DNA of 63,089 nt, the filler included, from Deltaproteobacteria bacterium (GTDB lineage: Bacteria; JACQOV01), in NCBI GenBank assembly GCA_016202395.1. It is 4 parts of 4 records of this genome, joined end to end, with 100 filler letters (N's around TTAATTAATTAA, not from the genome) between each part and the next. Parts side by side here need not be neighbours in the genome. Positions count along the whole stretch, not along the records: positions 1 to 30,370 come from JACQOV010000049.1; 3 more parts are not named here. One strand, written 5' to 3'. Numbering within the stretch: position 1 is the stretch's first letter; the number at the start of each line of letters is the position of its first letter. The position numbers and the translations under genes are program-made. Shown here piece after piece: positions 1 to 7,389 of this stretch. A model generated the notes under the pieces. It did no database searches. It was not told the DNA's origin and saw only the letters and a list, made by a program, of their open reading frames with translations.

Positions 1-1568
1 GTGGCAATCGATGCATCGGTGATCTCGGCGCTCCCAACCGCACTTGCGGTGGCCAGAGTCCCGAGTCCGTGACTGGCGATGCTGGTGACCGCTCCGCTTA
101 ACTTCGATGTGGCAATCACCGCCGTTGTGCTAATGTCGGCGTTCACAATCGTTCCGTCAAGGATGTCATCGCTCGTGATGGTTCCGTCGGCGATCTTCGC
201 GGTGGTGATGGCATCATCTTGGATCTTGCTAGTACCCACGGAGAGCTGCGCCAATTTGGCGTTGCTCACGGAGAGGTTTTCTATTTTTGTGGATGTAATA
301 GCGTTATCCGCGAGATCCGCTGTGGCGATGGTCCCATCGGTAATTTTCGCCGAGGTAACAGCGCTATTGGCAATCTTCCCCGTGGTGATGCCGCTATCTA
401 TAATTTTATTGGTTGTGACGGCGCTGGTGCCGAGCTTCGATTCCGAGACACTTCCATCCGTGAGGGTCAAATTTCCCGCAGCGGTTAAATTGCCTGCGCC
501 ATCGAGGGTGAAGACATTGGATCCGCTGCCTGCGACATCCCTCACCACAATGACGTTGTTGCTAGAGCCAAATTTGCTGGAATCGTATTTGATCCGCAAA
601 GCGCTTCCTCCGGTGGTGAGACTTGCCTGGGCATCGATATCAAAAACAACTCCGGAGGTCACCGACGCACCATCAATCAAAACACCGCTTCCCGTGGAGG
701 TTGTGGGGGTGATGCGGACATCTTTGGAGATATCGAGTCCCGTTTGAGGGGAGGCCGTGCCGATGCCCACCCGATCATTGGCCGAATCGACAGCCAGAGT
801 GGAGGTGTCCACCGTCAAGTTACCTGAGAGATAAGCGGTGATAGCGGAGAACTCTGAGGCCGAGACGGTTCCTGTGGTAGCCTCGATGTCGCCAACGCTC
901 ACAATCAGGTCCCCTTCGGTGAGGGTGACATCCCCTTTTTCCACGGTGATCCCTTCTTCTCCTGTTATAACCATGGAATCGCTAGAGCCGCTTGTGGTTT
1001 CCGAATCGCTGTCTGCATTAGCAGAGGCTGCCGCAAAGGGGGCGTAGACGAGAGGGGTCGACGGGGAGAAGGTTTCGAAGGTGGAGTAACCACCTCCCCT
1101 GAAGGAAATCTCTAGGAACAGCGGTTCATCTCCCGAAAAGATGGAGGCGGTTAACCGTTCGGTATCGCGGCCTAAGGTGATGCAAAAATCACCGTTACTC
1201 GAAAAGCTCGGAGTCACCGAAGAGGAGGTCCAGTAAAGGGTACCGGTTTCATCGACGATTCGAAAAAGAAATTGACCCGATCGAAAAGGTCTGCCATCGT
1301 TGTCCGTGACGTTCCCACAATAGAGCATCTCGAGAGGAGGGAGCGCAGGAGCGGGGGAGGCCATGAGCAAACAGGCGACCCCAACGATCACCCCTCGAAA
1401 CAGTGAATTTGGACTTGTTGCCGAACGATACAAATAAGTCATCCCCGCGAAAGCGGGGATCCAGAAGTGCTGGAAAAGACTGGATTCCCGCTTGCGCGGG
1501 AATGACGTTTTAAGCGGAATATTGAGTTCGGCAACAGGCCCATTTTTGATATCCTGTGCTCGTGTCAT
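1..1568 (-). CDS. Secreted tail-fibre-like adhesin, paralog 1 (3' end runs off the window)
   Basis: Absent from the ORF track because there is no stop in the window. Manual translation from ATG 1568 (GGGGGA SD upstream): MTRAQDIKN[insert]SLFRGVIVGVACLLMASPAPA-LPPLEMLYCGNVTDNDGRPFRSGQFLFRIVDETGTLYW...YAPFA...NDRVGIGTASP...SAVTSAKITDGTIATADLAD. The N-domain and repeats align with 3493..7038. Confidence 0.85.
   Translation of the reverse strand, partial: MTRAQDIKNGPVAELNIPLKTSFPRKRESSLFQHFWIPAFAGMTYLYRSATSPNSLFRGVIVGVACLLMASPAPALPPLEMLYCGNVTDNDGRPFRSGQFLFRIVDETGTLYWTSSSVTPSFSSNGDFCITLGRDTERLTASIFSGDEPLFLEISFRGGGYSTFETFSPSTPLVYAPFAAASANADSDSETTSGSSDSMVITGEEGITVEKGDVTLTEGDLIVSVGDIEATTGTVSASEFSAITAYLSGNLTVDTSTLAVDSANDRVGIGTASPQTGLDISKDVRITPTTSTGSGVLIDGASVTSGVVFDIDAQASLTTGGSALRIKYDSSKFGSSNNVIVVRDVAGSGSNVFTLDGAGNLTAAGNLTLTDGSVSESKLGTSAVTTNKIIDSGITTGKIANSAVTSAKITDGTIATADLADNAITSTKIENLSVSNAKLAQLSVGTSKIQDDAITTAKIADGTITSDDILDGTIVNADISTTAVIATSKLSGAVTSIASHGLGTLATASAVGSAEITDASIA
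1411..1541. mobile_element. 131-bp MITE-like palindromic element inserted in frame in fibre gene 1
   Basis: Imperfect TIRs GGACTTGTTGCCGAAC / GTTCGGCAACAGGCCC and a 4-bp ATTT duplication (1407-1410, 1542-1545). Internal GTCATCCCCGCGAAAGCGGGGATCCAG...CTGGATTCCCGCTTGCGCGGGAATGAC pair. Confidence 0.85.
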
Positions 1569-1592
1569 AAGATCCCCCTATACCTAAAACTA

Positions 1593-1608
1593 TGCAAAAA
1601 CCATGCCA
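1593..1608 (-). promoter_or_regulatory. sigma54 (-24/-12) promoter of fibre gene 1
   Basis: Minus strand TGGCATG-GTTT-TTGCA matches TGGCACG-N4-TTGCW. IHF-like TTTCAATTGGTTA at 1632-1644; AACCGCAC-N5-GTGCGGTT inverted repeat at 1677-1697. Confidence 0.75.
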
Positions 1609-1724
1609 TCATCCATGGGGAGGCTTGCATCTAACCAATTGAAATTATTACATTATTTTATAGTCCCATTAGAAGGAACCGCACCCAGTGTGCGGTTATG
1701 GCCAATTAGGAAAAAATTGCGGCC

Positions 1725-2024
1725 TCACTGGGGAATCGGTTCAACGTAGAAGCCCATTCCGGAGACGGTATCCATAATCTCTTCAGGCATAATCTGCTCG
1801 GGGTTGTAGCGAACGGTCACCTTCCCCGGCTTCCAATCGGCTGTTGCTTCCACAATACCCGGGAGCTGTTTCAACGCCCCTTCGATCTCGGTGCTTGTCA
1901 ACGAATCCATTCCTACCGCCTTAAATTGGAGGGTTTCCAGATCTTGGTCTTCCGCGATTACAGAAGATCCGATAAGGAACGTCATGGTTATTGCAGCGAT
2001 CATTATAATTTTCCTAAAATTCAT
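1725..2024 (-). CDS. Secreted HMA (heavy-metal-associated)-fold protein lacking CxxC
   Basis: Start ATG 2024 overlaps the end of the upstream beta-barrel gene. Signal peptide, then LQFKAVGMDSLTSTEIEGALKQLPGIVEATADWKPGKVTVRYNPEQI, an HMA pattern with GMxCxxC replaced by GMDSLTS. Confidence 0.7.
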   Translation of the reverse strand: MNFRKIIMIAAITMTFLIGSSVIAEDQDLETLQFKAVGMDSLTSTEIEGALKQLPGIVEATADWKPGKVTVRYNPEQIMPEEIMDTVSGMGFYVEPIPQ

Positions 2025-3153
2025 AAACAAAAAGTCCTCCCGCGCCGTAAACCACCGCATTTTCTCGGTTTGAAATCGGGCCTGTTGAGACTTGAACATC
2101 CTGCCGATATTCCAAAACAAACTTCGCCACCTCCATGAAGGAATAGCTCAATGCCACAGTTCCATCATGAATCGCTTGAGAGGCCCCTGTGAGCCCGCCG
2201 TTGTTTTGATCTCGCAAATAGCCATAGCGGAGTGTTCCGCTCAGTTGGTCGGTCCATGTTTTAACGAACTGGATCATGCCGCCGTAATAAACGCAATCTG
2301 TTTTTCCGTCACCACAAGCCCCATTGTTCTCGGTGCGGTAAACCCCTTCCAATCCGAGTTGAGAGGAGGCGGAGAGGTTCCAATGCGTGGCCAGATCGAC
2401 CAAATAGGTCCATCTTCCTTTCGCCTCTTCTTGAGGCCCCGCCGCGCCTGAAAGCTGCAACCCGCTTTTGCGTTCTCCCAAAACCCGCTTCAAGTTGAAG
2501 CCGTAGGTTGGGGAGATCGTCTTTTCATCGATGTCTTGGTTCTGGATCCCTTGAACCACAAAGGTCTCCCAGCTCCAGCGTTCATTGAACAGGGTCGCTT
2601 TTCCCCCTGAGATGTTGTGGGGTAACAAGAAACGATGGATGGAAGAAAACGAGGCCGTATTTAAACCTTTTCGATCGATAGGGTCATAACCTACATGGGA
2701 ATTAAATCGCCCCGCCGTGAGTTTGAATCCCCCTTTTTCAGGGTCATAGCTCTTGTAAAAAATGGGGCTCCCCTCGATGTAGGCCTGCTCTAGGTCGATG
2801 AGATCCCGATTGTCGTCGTTGTCTCCATCCCCCGTGTTGTCGCGATGAGGGGAAACATCCATGTCCAGTCGCCAGCCAAAAGAGGCCCCCAACTGTTTTT
2901 CAAAGTCCAATTCGACTTGATCGAGGAAGATTCCAAAAGTTTCCTCATTGGGGTCGTTATTGATGTTGGCCAATTGATCTCCGAGAAGTCCTCGCGGGCC
3001 TTGGCCAATGTTTAGCGCATCCTTATCGGTCTCTTGCCAGCCGATGAGGGTTGTGACATCGCCATGGATCTCCAGCTCCAGGGCCTCGATTCTCGCAAAA
3101 GAAACGAGGAGACTGAACAGTAGAAGAGTCCATAATGGAAACCGTTTATTCAT
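2014..3153 (-). CDS. Outer-membrane beta-barrel protein (porin/BBP2-like)
   Basis: Signal peptide, DLEQAYI and LTAGRFNSHVGYD motifs, amphipathic strands, C-terminal VYEF. Confidence 0.75.
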   Translation of the reverse strand: MNKRFPLWTLLLFSLLVSFARIEALELEIHGDVTTLIGWQETDKDALNIGQGPRGLLGDQLANINNDPNEETFGIFLDQVELDFEKQLGASFGWRLDMDVSPHRDNTGDGDNDDNRDLIDLEQAYIEGSPIFYKSYDPEKGGFKLTAGRFNSHVGYDPIDRKGLNTASFSSIHRFLLPHNISGGKATLFNERWSWETFVVQGIQNQDIDEKTISPTYGFNLKRVLGERKSGLQLSGAAGPQEEAKGRWTYLVDLATHWNLSASSQLGLEGVYRTENNGACGDGKTDCVYYGGMIQFVKTWTDQLSGTLRYGYLRDQNNGGLTGASQAIHDGTVALSYSFMEVAKFVLEYRQDVQVSTGPISNRENAVVYGAGGLFVYEF

Positions 3154-3488
3154 GGGTTCTCCTGTGGAGCGCTAAAGAGCTTCAGTTTGTAGTTGGAGGA
3201 GGTGGAGGTTTGTTGAGGCAGGGAGCCCACCGTAATTTTAGCCTCGTAGCTTTTGGAGGAAACGGTTTGTTGACTCGCCCCCACACCGGCATTTGACATC
3301 TGATAACTTTCTGAAATAGCGGTTCCACCACTGGGAGTCTCCCCGATTCCGGTATCCTCTCTTGTGACGGTATCTCCCCCTTTGCCGCAGCCTCCCAAGA
3401 GCAACAAGATTGCGAATAAGCCCAAAATAAGTGTTCTCACAGCCGCGCCTCCTTGAAACAAAATACCATTATTTGTTTTTGTTGTCAT
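3150..3488 (-). CDS. Small lipoprotein with repeated S-x-S/N-Y strands
   Basis: Lipobox LLGGC; SESYQM, SKSYEA, SSNYKL repeats; stop overlaps the barrel start. Confidence 0.7.
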   Translation of the reverse strand: MTTKTNNGILFQGGAAVRTLILGLFAILLLLGGCGKGGDTVTREDTGIGETPSGGTAISESYQMSNAGVGASQQTVSSKSYEAKITVGSLPQQTSTSSNYKLKLFSAPQENP

Positions 3489-3492
3489 CTTT

Positions 3493-6400
3493 TTAACCTG
3501 CTTTAAAGGTGCAATCGATCCGTTTCCATTGGAATCCTTTTTGGGGATCCACAGGAACTTCCTCCCATTTCACGTTCGACATCGATTTGCAAACGGTGTA
3601 GTTCATGAGTGCCTCTTCATCTTGACGCTGGCCATAGCCGGCCCGCTCCGAGCTCGTGATGTAATCCCCCACTTCGATATCGCCGTTGGCGTCGGTCACT
3701 AAAATAAAGCCGTTCCCGACTGCGTGAACCAGGATCCATGTTTTATCACCGAGTGTGAAAGGGCCAGCGTAAACGCCTAAAACCCGTTTGTCATTCGTTT
3801 GATCGGTGATATTTACTTCATAAATCGATTCTCCTTGGCCGAAGGGGCGATCATGAAGGGTTTTATTGTTGCCTGTTGCGATCAGAAGCTCACCGAGTTC
3901 AAACTTGCGATCGGAATTACTCCAACCGGCATGGCCCCCTGTAAAGGCTGTAAGGGTAACGCTGCCGGAAGAGACGGTGATATTTCCTACCTCTGTTCCA
4001 TCCCCTCGTTCGAAGGAGAGGAGTGTGCCATCACTTGTTGCACGATTAAAGATCGCCACCGTTCCACCATCTTTTGTGACATCCAGCGGTGCGTCAGGGG
4101 TTGTGTCTCCGATACCCACGCTCCCATCAAAGCGAGCCGTCCCATCAAAGCGAGCGGTTCCGGCATCCACCCAAAGGGCGTAGGCATTGGTGATAGTGAT
4201 ATTGGAACCCGAGGGGGCCGCGTCGATGTAAACCGTTGCCGCATCAGTTACCGTTTCTGTGTCGCCGCCAGCAGTCCCATTTAGTGCCGACGGAACTAGG
4301 AATTGGTTAAATCGCATGGTGGCGAGTGTTAGTGCGCCGTCGTTTTGGTGTGGGTTTTTTTCCGCATCCAGTGCAAAGGCAGAATTTGATTGGTAACGAG
4401 TAATAATTCCGTCCGTCTCTGCATAATTGCTAGCGTCGAAAGCGGCCGTGACGTCAACAAAACCATCAGGATTGGTGGGGCCAATCCCGACGCGTCCCCC
4501 TTCTTCAAAGGCAATGCGAGTGGCGCTGTCTCTGAAGTACAAATTATTTCCATTCACGAAGAGGGTGTAGCTGTTCGGGGGATTCCCCGCCCCCTGAGTT
4601 AAGAAGAGATGAGCGTTGCTGCCATCACCACCTCCTGCGATGTGAACGCGCATGCCATAATTGCTGTCGGCTCCTGCTACGTCATTGATGAAGATTCCAT
4701 AATTATTGGTATCCGTGCCACCGTCTCCCGTGAAAGTGCCGGTGCTGGCGATATAAATTCCCACTTTATTGATTGAGGCGGTAGTCGCATTGGTCACGAG
4801 TTGAGTAATGTACTCTGCATAGTTTGTAGTGGTGACGGCACCGCTTGTTTCGAGATCCAGGACGCCATCGGGGGTTGTGTCTCCGCCAATGCCGAGTCGA
4901 TTGTTGGTATCATCAAAAAAGAAATTGGTGTTGTCTTGGGTGTAAACACCGGAGGCTCCTGCGAAGACCACAGAGCCTTGTGTGAAAGTGGTTGCAGATC
5001 CTGTTCCTCCATTACCCACGCCCAAAGTGCCGGTGACCTCGGCTCCTCCGAGATCGATCGCGCTGCCAAAGGGATTGCTTACTTGTGTCACCGCAGCTCC
5101 GGTTCCAACATAGAGGGCATCGTTATCGGTATCCCAGGAGATCTGCCCTTCGGCCGTGCCCGCAGAAACGTCGGTCGCTTGCGGCAATCTTAAACCTTCT
5201 GCAGTTCCCGAGACGTTAATGGAAGCCATATTGATAAAATCGCTATCGGCCAAAGTGATCGTAGCCGCCAACTCGTCTTGATTCACTACATTGGAGGCAA
5301 TACTCAGAGCGCCGGCATTCGAGATGGTGGCATCGCCGCTCATGCCGACGTAGGTTGGAACGCCTGTGGCATCCCCCACGATGATCTGAGCAGAAGTTCC
5401 GGAAGCGAGTTTGCTCAACGCAATCGCCGCTGCCGTGCTAATGTCGGCATTGGCAATGGTGGCATCGAGAATCTTAGCTGTTGTCACCGAGTCGCTGGCT
5501 AAATCGGCGGCTGCAATCGTTGCATCAGTAATCTCACCGGTATCGATTGCGCTGCCAAAGGGGCTACTCACTTGTTGGGCAGCGGCTCCGGTTCCGACAT
5601 AGAGAACGTCCCCATCGGTGTCCCAGGAGATTTGTCCTTCCGCTGTGCCTGCAGAAACATCGGTTGCTTGAGGAAGTTTTAAGCCTTCCGAGGTTCCCGA
5701 AACGTTGATCGCTGAAAGATCCAATAGATCTCCATCGGCAAAGGTTAAGGTGGCAGCCAGATCCGAGGCCGTAATAGTGTTATCGCTGATTTTTGCAGTG
5801 GTAATGGCGCTATCCGCAAGATCCGCAGTGACAACAGTGCCATCGAAGATTTTTGCAGACGTTACCGAATCACTGGCCAAATCGGCGGCTGCAATCGTCC
5901 CGTCTAGAATCTTGGCGGCCGTGACAGCACTATCTGCAAAATCGGCAGTCGCAATGGTCGCATCCGCAATTTTGGCCGAGGTCACAGCATCGGAGGCCAA
6001 ATCCCCTGCAGCGATGGTTCCATCCAGGATTTTCCCTGTAGTGATTGCATCAGTAGCCAAATCGGCGGCAGCAATCGTCCCGTCTAGAATCTTGGCAGCA
6101 GTGACAATGTTATCCGCAAGTTTAACCGTCGTTACGGCACCGGAAGCAATAGCGCCTGCTAAAATCGTTCCGTCCTTAAGTGTGAGGTTGCCGGAAAAGG
6201 TGGCATCGCCAGAAAAGATGGCATTGGTGGCGGTGATGCTGCCAGCAATGTCTAAATCTCCGTCGCTTGTAATACTACCATCTGCGGTAACGTTGAAGAC
6301 ATCAGCAGTGGTGTCACCAGTAACATCTTGAATTTTCCAGACCGATGCGGCGACGCCAAGAGCTTCAGAATTGATTTTAACCCTCATGACGTCGTCTCCC

Positions 6401-7038
6401 GCCTCAAGATGCCGAAAATCGGCATCAAAGCCGGCCTCGGGGTCCTCTGTTGTCCCAATCCCTATTTTATTCTTCGTTGCATCTACCTTGAGTGCTTTAA
6501 GACCGATGGTAAGACCCGCAGCTTTCACAATTCCAGACTCTGCTAGAATATCTCCGCCTGCAAGAATATCTCCTTCAATGCCAAAAGCATCGTTGCTTAT
6601 AACAGTAACGGTGCCGGTTCCTCCGCTCAAAGCGTTGGCAGCAGTAATAGCCAGTGGCCCGTATCCTATCGGAATGCAAGGGTCGAGCCTTTCGATGGCG
6701 GAGGCCGTGTCGCTGCGAAACCAGAGCTCAAGGCAGAGACTTTCTTCGGAGGTGAAGGCATCGCTGGTAAGAGCGGTCATCCCAAGATCGGTGTCCCCCA
6801 AAGGGATAGAGAAATTTCCGTCTTCATCGAAAGAGGCGCAGAAATTGGTGGTGCTCCAGTGGGTATTCCCGCTTTCATCCACGAGGAGGAAGTCAAAACA
6901 GCCAGAACCTAGCGGAATGCCGCTAGATTGAGACATATTTCCCGAGATCATCATCCGGATAGGGGGTTCTCCAAAGGCTGTGCAGGGAAGGAGTAGGGAT
7001 GCCAACAGCACCATTTTGATGAACGTAATTTTGGACAT
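3493..7038 (-). CDS. Secreted tail-fibre-like adhesin, paralog 2 (~1180 aa)
   Basis: ATG 7038 with GGAGGT SD; signal peptide; N-domain ending PIGYGPLA; IGIG/VGIG fibre motifs; 20-aa DAVTSAKIADATIATAD repeats; C-terminal FTGGH...NGDIEVGDYITSS...GYGQRQD...NYTVCK domain. Confidence 0.85.
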   Translation of the reverse strand: MSKITFIKMVLLASLLLPCTAFGEPPIRMMISGNMSQSSGIPLGSGCFDFLLVDESGNTHWSTTNFCASFDEDGNFSIPLGDTDLGMTALTSDAFTSEESLCLELWFRSDTASAIERLDPCIPIGYGPLAITAANALSGGTGTVTVISNDAFGIEGDILAGGDILAESGIVKAAGLTIGLKALKVDATKNKIGIGTTEDPEAGFDADFRHLEAGDDVMRVKINSEALGVAASVWKIQDVTGDTTADVFNVTADGSITSDGDLDIAGSITATNAIFSGDATFSGNLTLKDGTILAGAIASGAVTTVKLADNIVTAAKILDGTIAAADLATDAITTGKILDGTIAAGDLASDAVTSAKIADATIATADFADSAVTAAKILDGTIAAADLASDSVTSAKIFDGTVVTADLADSAITTAKISDNTITASDLAATLTFADGDLLDLSAINVSGTSEGLKLPQATDVSAGTAEGQISWDTDGDVLYVGTGAAAQQVSSPFGSAIDTGEITDATIAAADLASDSVTTAKILDATIANADISTAAAIALSKLASGTSAQIIVGDATGVPTYVGMSGDATISNAGALSIASNVVNQDELAATITLADSDFINMASINVSGTAEGLRLPQATDVSAGTAEGQISWDTDNDALYVGTGAAVTQVSNPFGSAIDLGGAEVTGTLGVGNGGTGSATTFTQGSVVFAGASGVYTQDNTNFFFDDTNNRLGIGGDTTPDGVLDLETSGAVTTTNYAEYITQLVTNATTASINKVGIYIASTGTFTGDGGTDTNNYGIFINDVAGADSNYGMRVHIAGGGDGSNAHLFLTQGAGNPPNSYTLFVNGNNLYFRDSATRIAFEEGGRVGIGPTNPDGFVDVTAAFDASNYAETDGIITRYQSNSAFALDAEKNPHQNDGALTLATMRFNQFLVPSALNGTAGGDTETVTDAATVYIDAAPSGSNITITNAYALWVDAGTARFDGTARFDGSVGIGDTTPDAPLDVTKDGGTVAIFNRATSDGTLLSFERGDGTEVGNITVSSGSVTLTAFTGGHAGWSNSDRKFELGELLIATGNNKTLHDRPFGQGESIYEVNITDQTNDKRVLGVYAGPFTLGDKTWILVHAVGNGFILVTDANGDIEVGDYITSSERAGYGQRQDEEALMNYTVCKSMSNVKWEEVPVDPQKGFQWKRIDCTFKAG
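5055..6170 (-). repeat. Intragenic repeats: ~60-bp tandem units plus a duplicated ~70-aa block
   Basis: Tandem units such as AAATCGGCGGCxGCAATCGTCCCGTCTAGAATCTTGGC at ~5880 and ~6060. EGL(K/R)LPQATDVSAGTAEGQISWDTD...PFGSAID occurs twice (~5055-5270, ~5540-5755). Confidence 0.85.
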
Positions 7039-7060
7039 AACACCTCCCAGCCATGGTAGA

Positions 7061-7076
7061 TGCAAAAAACATGCCA
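7061..7076 (-). promoter_or_regulatory. sigma54 (-24/-12) promoter of the fibre 2 operon
   Basis: Minus strand TGGCATG-TTTT-TTGCA; IHF-like TTTCAATGAGTTA at 7099-7111, at nearly the same spacing as at fibre 1. Confidence 0.75.
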
Positions 7077-7203
7077 AAAAGAGACTAGAAGGCCTCCTTA
7101 ACTCATTGAAAATATTAGTAAATTTTATTATCCTTTTTACGAGAGAAGGCTGGAGAGGAAAAAATGTGTCACTTTCTGCATATCTATGAAAAAGATGCGT
7201 ATT

Positions 7204-7291
7204 TAAGAGGAGGATGGGGTCAGTTTTAAGTTTTTAAGTAAGAGGAGGATGGGGTCAGCGTTACTTAAAAACTTAAAACTGACCCCATCCT
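7204..7291. repeat. Perfect 31-bp-arm palindrome with an internal direct repeat (REP-like)
   Basis: 7211-7241 AGGATGGGGTCAGTTTTAAGTTTTTAAGTAA is the reverse complement of 7261-7291. TAAGAGGAGGATGGGGTCAG is repeated at 7204 and 7239. Confidence 0.9.
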
Positions 7292-7389
7292 TCGTATTTC
7301 TCACCGATAAGTCCAAAATTTCTTGAAAATGCAGAATACGTGGATACAGATGGTTGACAATTGGGTCGAGAACGATTAGAAAAAATTTC

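Noticed and set aside
5761-6170. 60-bp periodic repeats as a CRISPR array
   Set aside because: They are in-frame coding repeats with no unique spacers, and no cas genes are present.
79-6931. Long plus-strand ORFs (79-747, 5705-6331, 6371-6931 and others)
   Set aside because: Antisense shadows of the repetitive Ala/Thr/Asp-rich fibre genes.
1-7038. Prophage tail region
   Set aside because: The fibres have Sec signals and sigma54 promoters; there is no capsid, terminase or integrase gene.
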